A stretch of DNA of 64,000 nt from Candidatus Latescibacterota bacterium (GTDB taxonomy: Bacteria > Latescibacterota > UBA2968 > GCA-2709665). This document shows, piece by piece, positions 10,301-20,300 of the stretch; the stretch's first letter is position 1, and the number at the start of each line of letters is the position of its first letter. The DNA lies in NCBI GenBank assembly GCA_965237675.1, contig OZ250150.1, forward strand, positions 3,936,001 through 4,000,000, read 5' to 3'. The position numbers and the translations under genes were made by a program. The notes below the pieces were generated by a model, which made no database searches, was not told the DNA's origin, and saw only the letters and a list, made by a program, of their open reading frames with translations.

Positions 10301-12037
10301 GGAGGCGACTTTGAAATCTGGCCGCCGTTTGCAATCACCGTTCTGGGCGGGTTGTCGGTTTCCATGGTGTCCACACTGATCCTGATTCCGGTCGTTTACA
10401 TGGGGCTGGACCAGATCGGAGCCTGGCTGGCCGATATGGGGTTTATCGGCGTCACTCTCTCACTGCTGGCTACAGCGGCGGCCGGCTATGGCGTATATAC
10501 CCGGTATGACAGCGTCTTCTGGGCGGCCCTGTCGATATTGCCTATCTGGGTTGTGTTCTTGTCAGCGGTGTGGATCGTACTGAAGGTCCATCGCGCTCGA
10601 GTGTCCGCCCGTCGCGTGGCGGACGCCGTGTATTCCATTCAGTTGCGGAATCTGACGAAGACCTACGGCGCGCCCGGGCGATTTGCACGCGAGTGGGCGC
10701 GAAGCGAACGTCGGAGAGGGCGGTTGATGGAAACGGGGTTGGATCCGCAGGACCGCAAGGCGGTCCGGGATACTCTTTTCTGGAAGCTGCCGTTACTCGC
10801 CCTGTTGCTGTTTTTTGCGGCCTATTTCGAGGATGAAATCTGGATCTATCTGCACGGGGTGGCGCTGGCCTTTATGCTGGCCCATGTGGGTCAATGTTTC
10901 GGCGCCCTCTGGCGCGGGCAAACGTCGGCACCGGTCACTCGCATCGGCGACTTTCTTCGTAAAGTGGTTCTGCCACTGGGATTTCTGGCCTATGTGCACT
11001 GGCGGCTGAACCTGCTTTCCGTCACGATTGCATCGTTCGGGTTGTGGGTTGTCTATCGTCTGGCGCGGCGGCTCGCGAACAGGGTGCGGACGGGCAAGGT
11101 AAACCCCGACGAAATGTCCGGACGGGTTGGATGGGCACGCCGATGGGTCTATCGGATGGCATCGGCCTTACCTCTTATAGGGGTTCCCCGGCCGGCATTT
11201 CGGGCGCTGGCGGGCGTCAACCTGGAGATTGGCAGGGGGATGTTCGGTCTCTTGGGCCCGAATGGCGCCGGTAAGACCACGTTGATGCGTATTCTCTGCC
11301 GGGTTCTCGAGCCCAGCTGCGGGTCAATTCTGATCGATGGTCGAAACATCCTGAGAAGGGGTTCGATTCATGGGCTGATCGGGTATCTTCCGCAGCACTT
11401 CGGTAACTATGGACATCTTTCCGCATACGAATTCCTGGAATACCGGGCGCTGCTGGAAGGCTTTAAGGACCGAAAAACCCGGGAGACGCGGGTGATCGAG
11501 TCTCTGGAACAGGTCAATCTGATCGAGCGGAAGGAAGATCCGATCGGATCCTTCTCCGGTGGCATGAAGCAGCGCCTGGGCATCGCGCAGACCCTGTTGC
11601 ACACTCCGCTGATCGTGGTCGTGGACGAGCCCACTGCGGGGCTCGACCCGCTGGAGCGCATCCGGTTTCGCAACCTGCTCGCCCGTTTGAGCCAGGATCG
11701 GATCGTCATTTTTTCCACGCACATCGTGGAAGACATCTCAGGAAGCTGCAATCGACTGGCGGTACTGGATCAGGGGCGCCTACTGTATACCGGAACGCCA
11801 CAGGAGATGAGAAACCTGGCAGAGGGACGGGTGTGGGATGCGGTTGTGCCGGACCGGCGCTTTTCCGAACTCGAAGAAAAACTGAAGCTCGTAACGCATC
11901 AGCGAACGTCAGCCGGGGTCCGAATGCGATTCTTGTCCGATCGCCCACCGGTTGGCGTCGGCGCGCAGAGCGCGGATCCAACGCTTGAAGACGCTTATCT
12001 TTACCTTCTTGGCAGGGGAAAGGAACAGCCGTGCTGA
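7325..12037 (+). CDS. RND permease fused to C-terminal ABC ATPase domain (about 1570 aa)
   Basis: GTG at 7325 overlaps the upstream TGA, with SD AGGAGG. RND motifs GMLADNGIVVMENI and RVRPILMT, then Walker A GPNGAGKTT, Q-loop YLPQ, signature FSGGMKQR, Walker B/D-loop VVDEPTAGLD, H-loop STH. Confidence 0.9.
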   Translation: MILPDLAVRRPVTTSMFFSALAILGVVSWTRLPVQLFPELIFPEVFVTLTLPGATPEQVERDLVIPAEGEIGKLDGVQEMESFAMANMGGVRISYAPDVDMKFALLQLQSNLNRLQPTLPERSQTDVRRFDSTDLSSIIMELHVLADWDLNQLREFTEEKIRPELESIDGVVNVSVMGGRRSAVEIVLDPFLLEAHGLSTGQVRERLNNYNRRREYLGRVYDGNRAYSVSIQGQFTDLRQIRNLVLNTDGTLRLGDVSRVGYGLQEQADRHRVNGKPSVGVRIQKDDEANLIEVAAAVEAAIGRLNRDFKGEGVELGVSSSQADLMSGALSTLKQAAIVGAVLGLIVLFLFLRNFRFVSVLLLAIPVSLLMTFNLMYLGGLSVNVLSLCGLALAMGMLADNGIVVMENIFKHYERGKSPVHAARDGAAEVGRAVVAATATTVTAFLPVLFIESDARDLLRELALSMAFPLMASLLVALTLVPALAVRALSREVRRPPDVRGLLERYTLLLKAALRHRALVALSVGGALTLTLVVAFYYLLQQQVRREETRFTVYVNLPEGATLDATDEVAKQVEESVRDVPGLDRFTTSVREAESSVTVLLEDRSDRPGDISLDEIKEQLDEKLQNVQGGVVGYEPRPRAGRGGRGQGIGQRRRRSSGGFDLTGATPNEQAVVRGYDFTLLTMIANDVVYRLEELEEVDANSVRADAERSSPEVQVIPDAAALFDRQLGTREVLAAMGDTRWDGFRTTVPFLLPDATEIPIEVRTIEEEDRDRYGLAEFKRSRILNQVGQYVSLDEVARVRTDEGRSNLLRTDQARRIVVSYRFPSEILDSQPRLETARRVVRTTLQDMVLPEGYSIEITEAQEETIYYWMMGVAAVLIYMILASLFESFASPVIILCTLPPAAIGSCWALMMSGTGLSQQEGPMALLGFVVLLGIAVNNGIILIDAVGVLRSRFGYRRERAVLAAARSRVRPILMTTATTLLGVLPLALVFGGDFEIWPPFAITVLGGLSVSMVSTLILIPVVYMGLDQIGAWLADMGFIGVTLSLLATAAAGYGVYTRYDSVFWAALSILPIWVVFLSAVWIVLKVHRARVSARRVADAVYSIQLRNLTKTYGAPGRFAREWARSERRRGRLMETGLDPQDRKAVRDTLFWKLPLLALLLFFAAYFEDEIWIYLHGVALAFMLAHVGQCFGALWRGQTSAPVTRIGDFLRKVVLPLGFLAYVHWRLNLLSVTIASFGLWVVYRLARRLANRVRTGKVNPDEMSGRVGWARRWVYRMASALPLIGVPRPAFRALAGVNLEIGRGMFGLLGPNGAGKTTLMRILCRVLEPSCGSILIDGRNILRRGSIHGLIGYLPQHFGNYGHLSAYEFLEYRALLEGFKDRKTRETRVIESLEQVNLIERKEDPIGSFSGGMKQRLGIAQTLLHTPLIVVVDEPTAGLDPLERIRFRNLLARLSQDRIVIFSTHIVEDISGSCNRLAVLDQGRLLYTGTPQEMRNLAEGRVWDAVVPDRRFSELEEKLKLVTHQRTSAGVRMRFLSDRPPVGVGAQSADPTLEDAYLYLLGRGKEQPC

Positions 12038-12753
12038 ACTGGCATGAATTGCTGCTGACCTGGTGGCGGCTCTATCGGCTTAGCTGCAGAATCATATTTC
12101 ACAGGAAATTGATGTTCATGGCTATTGGTGTTCTCGTTTATTACGCTGCCATGTATGCATTTGCGGTCTGGCGGCCCAGCGAAGGATTCGGCGTATCGCG
12201 GGCGCTCAATGTTCTGGTTGAAATTCCCGGCATCGCCCTGGCCATTTATCTGACGATGGATCTGGTTGCGGGCGAACGAGATAGAAATACACTGGAAACG
12301 CTGTTCAGTACCACGTCGTCCCACTATAAGATCTGGGCGATTCGTATGCTCGGAGTCTATTTCGTGTTGGCGGCCACCCTGATGGGTATGACGGTGGTTG
12401 CCTATTTTGTTTTCGCGGAGTTGCCTATCTTTTGGGGCGGGCTGAATGCTTTTCTGCCTGCGTGCCTTGCCGCGGGGCTCACTTTTTATTTTTCTGTTCT
12501 CTGTCGAAGCGGCAATGCGGCCGCGATGCTCGCTACGGGAGTGATGGGCCTGACTGTGTTCATCTCGGAATCCATGCCAGATTCACCCTTCGCGCTTTTT
12601 CTGAGTACGTTTGATCCCCCGGTGGGAATGGAAGGCACCCTTTGGGGCGACCAGATGCTGCTGAATCGCCTGGGTGTAATATTGCTGTCGGGTTTGCTGC
12701 TTTTTATGGGCCTCCGGAAGATGGAAGCCAGGGAGCGATTGGTTTCTTCCTGA
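12031..12753 (+). CDS. ABC-2 type transporter permease
   Basis: About 6 TM helices; GERDRNTLETLF coupling-helix motif; overlaps the end of the ATPase fusion gene. Confidence 0.8.
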   Translation: MLNWHELLLTWWRLYRLSCRIIFHRKLMFMAIGVLVYYAAMYAFAVWRPSEGFGVSRALNVLVEIPGIALAIYLTMDLVAGERDRNTLETLFSTTSSHYKIWAIRMLGVYFVLAATLMGMTVVAYFVFAELPIFWGGLNAFLPACLAAGLTFYFSVLCRSGNAAAMLATGVMGLTVFISESMPDSPFALFLSTFDPPVGMEGTLWGDQMLLNRLGVILLSGLLLFMGLRKMEARERLVSS

Positions 12754-12920
12754 TGTTGAAAAGTGACTTACGTGCGCAAGTCACGCTAATTGAGGTCTAC
12801 TGAAGATATCTATTTCATTTTAAATTGGATAGTCTGTCGGTACGTTTTCTTCCTCAATGACATATCCGCTAGTTTACGTTGTGTTCTGAATTAATGACTC
12901 TTGATGGCCTTCCGTGTTTA

Positions 12921-13505
12921 TCACTCAGATTCCCATTCGTTTGGAATCGAACAACTGTTTTGGGCGGCCCAGCGACGTGCCTGCTCGTAAAAGTCCTTAA
13001 ACGAACCTGATCCAGCAATCCAAGATCTCAATGATGTTGTTGAAACGTAGTTGCAGACTCGTGCTTTTCCCAGTTCTTTGTCACGTCCAGTCAACCCGAA
13101 TCTCCGCTTTACAAAATCAGAAGGGTTGTCCCTCGGTATCTCTTCCTCCTTACATTCCAGTTCGCGGGCAAGCGAGCCCCGGTCAATTGCCAGCCACCAT
13201 TCTATATTTTGGTCAGCCACGCCAAATACGGTCAGATGACGGAGATTTTCGGGAATCCGAGCGCCCTCGCGATTTTTGACCTCACGCCAGGGATTGTTAT
13301 CGGCATCCGTCAACACAACCAGTATGTTACATCCTTCATGGCTATTTAAGACCTGGAGATTCTTGGCAATCTCTCGCCTGTGAGATTCCTTCGACCCACC
13401 TCGATATCGCCCCGGTGCCAACTCCGCAGCAGGACACCAGCGTTCTTTCAGCCCCCGGACGACTGCTTCATCCATATCCCCCTGGACATAAAATCCAATC
13501 TTCAT
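12921..13505 (-). CDS. TOPRIM-like DUF4276/RloB-like partner of AAA ATPase
   Basis: MKIGFYVQGDMDE start, LTDAD (DxD), NIEWWL; 4-bp overlap with the ATPase gene. Confidence 0.6.
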   Translation of the reverse strand: MKIGFYVQGDMDEAVVRGLKERWCPAAELAPGRYRGGSKESHRREIAKNLQVLNSHEGCNILVVLTDADNNPWREVKNREGARIPENLRHLTVFGVADQNIEWWLAIDRGSLARELECKEEEIPRDNPSDFVKRRFGLTGRDKELGKARVCNYVSTTSLRSWIAGSGSFKDFYEQARRWAAQNSCSIPNEWESE

Positions 13506-14689
13506 CCCAACAACCCCCGAAAATGCTGTTCTCCCAGCGGGAATTGTTCAAGGCGCGCCTTCAGATTATCGATATTCGGTTGCGAAATTGAAGTGTGCTG
13601 TTCGTCGCGATTAAGCACAAAGACCGCATCCAAATATTGATCGAATAGATCGATAAAATACGGTGCATGCGAGGTAAAAACGACCTGAGGGCCTTGCGAC
13701 TGTTCGATCAATTCGAACAAGGATTTCAATAAACCGACATAAATTCCATTTTCCGGCTCTTCAATTATTAACAACGGTCGGGTATCAACGATTGGCTGCA
13801 TCAACAAAACATAGGTTAGGGCCAAGAATCGCAACGTGCCACTCGATGCACTCCATGCTGGGTATGCACTCCGGTCTGCATATTCGAAAATCATGTTCAC
13901 TTGGTTTGAAAAAACCTCAAAGTTGATTAGTTCAAGTCTTGGGTCCACTTCTTTTATTACATTCAGAAGCTGGCGATAATCCCACTCCCGGGACGTTTTT
14001 AGCCTGTAGAGTAACGAGGCGAGATTGCTGCCATCGCGAGCGAGGACGACTTCATTTGGGTTGTGTTCCGACGACCTCATTGCAATAGGGGATAGATCAT
14101 AAGAGCACCAAGTGCTCAAATAACGTTTAAAGTGATTAGCCCGTGCATTCGAATCCGAATCATAGAGCCGCTGCAGCATCGTTGTATCTGCGGGTGGGCT
14201 TGCCTCAACATAGTTCTCAGTTCCATCAATGAAATCCTTCTCATGCAAAAGGCGAATCCGACCATTGGAATGATGGAGCAGGGCAGTTTGATCGAATTTT
14301 CCGCCGGTAACGATCAATTTCTCTCGGGTAACTCTAATTGTAGATTCTTCTCCAGAAAAAGCATTCGTACTAATAGAGAACCCCGGTAGCGATATCGTCA
14401 GTTCATATTCAAATGTGTGAACATCGTGCATAAAGGGAACATCTGCTCGCAGATAGAAATCTATGGTTTGTTTATTAAACGCGAAATTCGTCAAACCAAA
14501 TCGCCAACTTTGGATCAAAGACACGCAATCGTCTAGCTTCAAGACAGAACTAGCAGCAACAAACTGCAATGCCTGGCAGAGATTGGTCTTTCCGGAGTTG
14601 TTTTTCCCTATAATTAGATTGATTTGACGCGGCTCAAATACAATATTAATCAAAGACTTAAAATTATCGACGCGAAATTCTTTCAACAT
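13502..14689 (-). CDS. AAA_21/ABC-like ATPase (AbiEii/PARIS/AbiL-type)
   Basis: MLKEFRVDNFKSL start after GGAGG; Walker A GKNNSGKTN, SSGTLR, Walker B LLIIEEPENG, FTSHAP. Confidence 0.85.
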   Translation of the reverse strand: MLKEFRVDNFKSLINIVFEPRQINLIIGKNNSGKTNLCQALQFVAASSVLKLDDCVSLIQSWRFGLTNFAFNKQTIDFYLRADVPFMHDVHTFEYELTISLPGFSISTNAFSGEESTIRVTREKLIVTGGKFDQTALLHHSNGRIRLLHEKDFIDGTENYVEASPPADTTMLQRLYDSDSNARANHFKRYLSTWCSYDLSPIAMRSSEHNPNEVVLARDGSNLASLLYRLKTSREWDYRQLLNVIKEVDPRLELINFEVFSNQVNMIFEYADRSAYPAWSASSGTLRFLALTYVLLMQPIVDTRPLLIIEEPENGIYVGLLKSLFELIEQSQGPQVVFTSHAPYFIDLFDQYLDAVFVLNRDEQHTSISQPNIDNLKARLEQFPLGEQHFRGLLG

Positions 14690-14762
14690 TACAAGCCTCC
14701 TAAACAGACGTGGCCTGAACAGTGGTTTTGCCAATAGATGGTAACATAAGACCCACATGGCC

Positions 14763-14785
14763 TCAGGTCAAATCATTTGACCTGA
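14763..14785. repeat. Perfect palindrome (REP-like or operator)
   Basis: TCAGGTCAAAT-C-ATTTGACCTGA, 11-bp arms, about 75 bp upstream of the ATPase start. Confidence 0.6.
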
Positions 14786-15077
14786 CCGCAACAAACACGT
14801 TCTCCAACATCGCGCGATATGTACTGCTTCAAAGTCTGCATCGTCCGGGCGTTTCCAAAGAGGTCTTGCTCGACGGTTTCAGACCATTGACCAATGCAAC
14901 GTGCTAAACGGAGTTGACTCTCGTTCCGAATGCCACCCGAGAAAACCGGCGTAGGGAGTACGATTCCAATTGTCCATTCCGACTCTTGCCGTCGTACCTA
15001 TATCGTCGTATTAGATCGATCGTCTTTAAGGGAACGACTGATAACCGCATTTTGATTCGGGATCTTTGCGTTCCATT

Positions 15078-16220
15078 CTATTCTTTGCGTACATCCAACC
15101 GGACCTTGCGGGGTTCTACCTTTACGACCGTCAGATCCGTCCCGTGTGTTATCGACTCGGTGTCAAACTCGAAGGTTCTGCGTCCGTACCTGACGTAGGC
15201 GGCATCGATAACGAGGCTGAAGTCCACCACAGACGCCAGTAGCAGGGCGCGTCGTGTTCCCTTTACGGTTACGCTCACCGCGGGGGGTTTGACGCCCTCC
15301 AGCGAGTATCCCTGTGGTAAGTTCTCCACACTGACACCCACCTCGTACGTCGTTTCCTGCACCGCCGCGCCGGGTACCAGCAACATCCATGCACCGAAGG
15401 CCAGCGCGAAGGAGAGCAGCCCTTCGCCGAGATGCCGGGCCAGCCGGCCGCGCTGGATCCGGCCCGCACCGACCACCGCGTGCTGAACGTGCTCCTGTAA
15501 CCTGGCCAGCAATTCGTCAGGATCGTCTATAGTCTCCAGTCGACCCTGCCGCGCGACGGCGATGGTGCCGCGCTCCTCGGAAACCACAATGCAAAGGGCG
15601 TCGCTGCGCTCGGCCAGCCCCAGTGCCGCGGCGTGGCGCGTGCCTCCCGGCCCGAGTTCGCCCCGGTTTTCCGAAAGCGGCAGATATACGGCAAAGCGCT
15701 CCAGCCTGTCTTCGCGCATCACCAGCGCACCGTCGTGGCCCGCCGATGTCGTGCCGAAAATGCTGTCGATGAGTTCCTCGCTAATGGTCGCTTGCAAGGC
15801 GATCCCGCCTTGTAAATACCGCTCCAGGGGCTCACGTCCGGGCAAAACCACCAGGGCGCCGCGTCGCCTCGCCACCAGCTGATGCATCGCTCGAACCAGG
15901 ACCGCCAGACTGCCACCGCGGGGCCTGGATACCCTCTGGCCCAGACCCAGTGCGGCGATCCGCTCGAAGAGCCGACGCAGGTCGTCTTGAAACACCACGA
16001 CGAGCAGTACGACGAGGACGGCGAAAAAACCTTGGAAAATCCACGCAGTCAGTTGCAGTTCGAATTGCCGCGCCAGCAGATAGAAAGCGCCGAGAAAAGC
16101 CAGCCCGATAAGCGCCATTCGGGCGTGCATCCTCCGAGTCCAGGCCAACAGGCCCCACAACAGGACGCCCACGACCACTATATCCACAAAATCCGTAAAT
16201 GCGATTTCAAGTAACGTCAT
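15078..16220 (-). CDS. Diadenylate cyclase (CdaA/DisA_N) fused to a YbbR/CdaR-like domain
   Basis: 3 N-terminal TM helices, VVVFQDDLRR, RRGALVV, HDGA, GTRHAAA; then a TM helix and YbbR-like VSVENLP...VSVTVKG domain. Confidence 0.85.
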   Translation of the reverse strand: MTLLEIAFTDFVDIVVVGVLLWGLLAWTRRMHARMALIGLAFLGAFYLLARQFELQLTAWIFQGFFAVLVVLLVVVFQDDLRRLFERIAALGLGQRVSRPRGGSLAVLVRAMHQLVARRRGALVVLPGREPLERYLQGGIALQATISEELIDSIFGTTSAGHDGALVMREDRLERFAVYLPLSENRGELGPGGTRHAAALGLAERSDALCIVVSEERGTIAVARQGRLETIDDPDELLARLQEHVQHAVVGAGRIQRGRLARHLGEGLLSFALAFGAWMLLVPGAAVQETTYEVGVSVENLPQGYSLEGVKPPAVSVTVKGTRRALLLASVVDFSLVIDAAYVRYGRRTFEFDTESITHGTDLTVVKVEPRKVRLDVRKE

Positions 16221-16302
16221 ATCCAATGATCTTCCGGCTGGCGAAATCAGTCGTTTGGGGGCGCGAGAATACCCAACGATGTGCGTCTTGCTCCTGGTCC
16301 GG

Positions 16303-16331
16303 AATATGGGCAAACTTTCACATTTCGTCAA
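16303..16331 (-). promoter_or_regulatory. Putative sigma70 promoter for the diadenylate cyclase
   Basis: Minus strand TTGACG-17 bp-CATATT. Confidence 0.45.
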
Positions 16332-16630
16332 GACCCCCCGGATCCCTTTTTTACGACCGATTATCGTCGAAACCCGGGGGCCCCGGCGGTAAATCCGTCG
16401 CTCGTTTCGGGGTTGGGCGTCTGCGGGAAACCGCTGTTGCCGCCGATCCCGCTCATCACGTCATGCGGTAACACCCGGGGGCCGGGCATGAACGTCCTGC
16501 AAAACAACCCTGCGGATCTCGTCTTTCATTTGGTCAGTCCTGTGAAAATGCATATATTTAGAGACATTCGGGACCGACCGGAAATCGATATCTTGTAATC
16601 TGACGCTGTTTTTGGACGGAGGAAAGCGAT

Positions 16631-17311
16631 ATGCAGGGCTCACGGGGACGATTGAGCAGGCGGGAACTCAAGCAGGACGAGTTTGCGAACAGGATACTGG
16701 CTGCCTGGGCCTATGTGGAGGAAAACTACGTCCGGGTGCTTGCCGTGGGCGGCGGCGTGGTCGTTCTTATCCTGCTGGGTGTCTTCGTCAAGCAACAGAT
16801 GGACGCCCAGGCCAGGGAGGCCGTGGAAGCGGAGGGGCGGGTCCGGGTCTTATTGCTCCAGGGGCAAATTGACGATGCCATTTTGGAAGCGGAACGCATT
16901 GCGGACGCCTATAGCGGTGAAACAGCTGCGGGGCGGGCGCTTCAACTGGCTGGTGGACTCTATTTCGAAATGGGGCGCCACGCCGAGGCACAGGCTGCAT
17001 TTGAAAAATATCTCAAGGAGTTCGAGGCGACGGGCCCCACCGGGTACAGCGCCTGGTCCGGCGTGGCCGCGGCGATGGAAGAACAGGGCGATCCTGCCGG
17101 CGCGGCTGCCAGATACAAGGCGTTCGCCGATGAGTTCGAAGACTCGCCCTTCGCCCCCAATGCGCTCAAAGAGGCGGCCCGTTGTTTTAGGGCTTCGGGA
17201 GATACCGATCAGGCCAGGACGCTGTTGCAGCGCATCCTGGACAGGTATTCCAACAGTCCCGTCGTTCGTAGCGCGGAGGAGGAACTCAAGCAGATGGGCG
17301 GTATCGGATGA
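16631..17311 (+). CDS. Membrane-anchored TPR protein (YfgM-like)
   Basis: RRELKQDEF N-terminus, one TM helix, TPR-like helices; SD GGAGG. Confidence 0.8.
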   Translation: MQGSRGRLSRRELKQDEFANRILAAWAYVEENYVRVLAVGGGVVVLILLGVFVKQQMDAQAREAVEAEGRVRVLLLQGQIDDAILEAERIADAYSGETAAGRALQLAGGLYFEMGRHAEAQAAFEKYLKEFEATGPTGYSAWSGVAAAMEEQGDPAGAAARYKAFADEFEDSPFAPNALKEAARCFRASGDTDQARTLLQRILDRYSNSPVVRSAEEELKQMGGIG

Positions 17312-20300
17312 CCGATCCGGAACTGCGGTTAACTCGTTCTCGCGGATTTCGCCCGACCAACCTGGCCGAGGATATCCTGCTGGTGGTACCGGACGATATG
17401 CTGCGGCGTCCATCCGTCGCCCGCGTCCGGGAAGCGTTCGGGCAGGTGGGACAATTGCCTGAAACGATCCCGGAGAGGGATTTTCAGCAGGCTTTCTTCC
17501 GAGAAAAACAGGTGATTGCCTGCGGAAATCTGGCAAACAACCGGGCGATTCAACGCCTATATACCGCCCGGTGTTGTTTTGTGGATACCTTTTTCCCGGG
17601 AACGAACGGTTATTTTGTCAAATCGATTTCGGATCCGTTCGGGTTCGACCGGAATTGCATTGTCGTAGGTGCCAGCACGGAGGAGGGGCTGGAGGCGGCC
17701 CTCGCCGTCTTCAGGGACATCGTCGCCACCAGTAGCGGCAGCCTGGATCGGGTTCACGCCGCGTCCTTCGACCACGAATTACCGGGGCGGCCGGATGCGT
17801 CCGAGACCGACCGGATGGTGCGGGACGATCTGGCAATCTGGGGGACGGGGTGGTCGGCTTCGCCCTTTCGGGGCGGCCGGGTGCTTTCCTATCTCTGGCA
17901 CTATTACCTGACAGATCATCCGGTCTGGGCGCGAGCGGCGGTGGATATCCTGAAGGGATCGATAGAACCGTGGCGCGCGGAGTGCCGTGCGCACCCGGAG
18001 GCCTACCACTGTTTTTTCAACCTGCACAGCTACATCCATCTATGGGATCTGGTGGAAGACAGCCCACTGTTTATACCGGAAGACCGCCTGGGGGCGGTCA
18101 CTATGTTTGGCGAGTTGTTGAGACATCTCATGACACTCTCCTACGTCTCGGAGGAAGTGAATCCGCCGGGTGAAATTCGACAGAATCACACGACTTACAT
18201 TGGATTGAACCTGGCCGTGGGCGGCGATTATATGATCAGGCGGCACGGTATCGCGGAATTTCAGCGGGCAAACGTAATCGCAAGGCGGATATTCGAAGGT
18301 CAGATGGATTGCTATAAGCCCGATGACGATGGGGGAGTGGGATATACCTGGCATGTACCCCAGGAAACCCTCTCTTATTTCCTGTATCGCGGCGACGACC
18401 GTTATATTGCCGGTGGCCACGTGTCGGATCTGTGTAAATTGGCGGTACTGACAACCGACAATATGCGCAGCGAGTGCGGTTACGGCGATACCTCCGGATA
18501 CGCCCGCTTTTCCACAGACGGATGGGAAGCGCGCCTCTGGCCGTTAATGGTTTCGACATGGCATGATCCGAACCCCGAACACCTCTGGACGTTGAACTGG
18601 CTGGGCCAGGGAAAACGCCCTCCGCTGGACCGGGTGCTGCACGGTCTCTATTCGGCAATAGGCTACGTCGACGACGGCTTCGCCGTTGGGGGGGTCGAGC
18701 CGGAAGCACCCCGCGAACTGCTTGGGATCTGCGTGATGGATATGCCCCAGGCCGTGCTGGACTGGGTCCGTCGACACGTCCCCCGGGCGCATCATCCGGA
18801 TCCCGGAAAACGATATTTCGATAAATTGTCACTCCGGCGGAATTTCCTGCCCGGGGGCGAATACCTGTTGCTGGAAGGACTCGGCACGACCTGCCACGGA
18901 CACGAAGATACCAATGCGATTGTACGGCTGACGTGGAACAACAGGGCCTGGCTGGCCGACGGGGATTACATCCGGGCGGCGCCCAGGTTTCACAATTCCG
19001 TCGTGGTCATGCGCGAAGGCGTCGGTGTCCTTGAATCGCCTGGAGCCGGCGTGGTCATTCCACCGCTGGCGTCCCTGAATACAAGCAACGGCGGTTCGGA
19101 ACTTGCGATGGTCCGCACCGAAGCAGCGGGTTACAACGGCGTGGATTGGCAACGGGATATTTTCTGGCGCAAGGGTCGATATATGGTGATCATGGACCGG
19201 CTCCGCTGTTATGAAGCCGGCCACTATAACCTGCAATGTCTGTGGCGGATGGTAGGGGATACGGAACTGGGAGAGGACGGGGTTCGCATCCGGCAGAAAG
19301 GAGAAGGGTTCCATATTCGCAACGTGGACGGTTCCGCACAGGAGATCGTCCCGGACCCGCACGTCAAAAGCCGCTGGGGGACCTACCCGTTTGCAGACGG
19401 TAAACTTTCCGTGCTGCATCAACGAATGGGGTGTCCACTCGATGCCGGAACCTCGTTTACCTTTATGAATCTGCTCACCCCGGACCCGGACATTCGTCTG
19501 GAGCGGCTCGGTCCCGAAGCGGTTAAGGTGACGGACGGGGACGAAGTCACGTTGTTGGGCGCGGGTACCCTGGAACTGGATGATCTCGAGCTTTCGGGAA
19601 GCATGTTTGCGTGCCTGGCCCGGGACAATAGAGTGGTTGTACAGGGCATCGAACGGCTGGCTGGACGGGAGGTTGACAGCCTTGAACAGGTGCTGGATCG
19701 TCCGGATCTCGCTGCAGGGATCCGGTCCGCGCGAGAAGCGTCGGCGGTGAGCCCACCGACAGACACACCGCTCGTTTCACGCGGTCTGACGCAACGGTGG
19801 CGCCGGGAGTTCCCCGCCGACATCCGGGATATATCCGTCTCAGGGGACGGCAGATTGCTTCTGGCAAACGGCGGGAAGGTTGGGTGCCTGGTTGCGTCGA
19901 CCGGCGCGACGGTCTGGTCTCGACCGGTTGAAGGGGAAGGTGGCGCCAGCCGGGTACATGCATCGGATATCGACGGTGACGGAAATTCGGAAGCACTGGT
20001 GGGAACCTCGGACTCGCAACTGATTGTACTGGCGGGAGATTCCGGCGAAGAACGGTGGCGGCGCGGGTTGGAAAATATGTGGAATCGCGGCATGAGGGTT
20101 TCGGACATCGCCGTAGCGGATCTGGAGGGAAACGGCGACCTGAGCGTGCTTGCCGGTACCGAAGGATGGTTTGTCAATGCGTTTGGGCACGATGGCACCC
20201 CCAAATGGGCCGAATGGTTTCGATATCACGCCATAACCGCGCTGAAAGTGGAGGACACGGACGGAGATGGAAGGGCCGAGATTCTGGTCGGTACGGAATA

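Noticed and set aside
16332-16630. c-di-AMP (ydaO) riboswitch or small ORF upstream of the cyclase
   Set aside because: GC-rich hairpins are present, but the conserved ydaO motifs were not recognisable; the 60-aa ORF has no convincing family signal.
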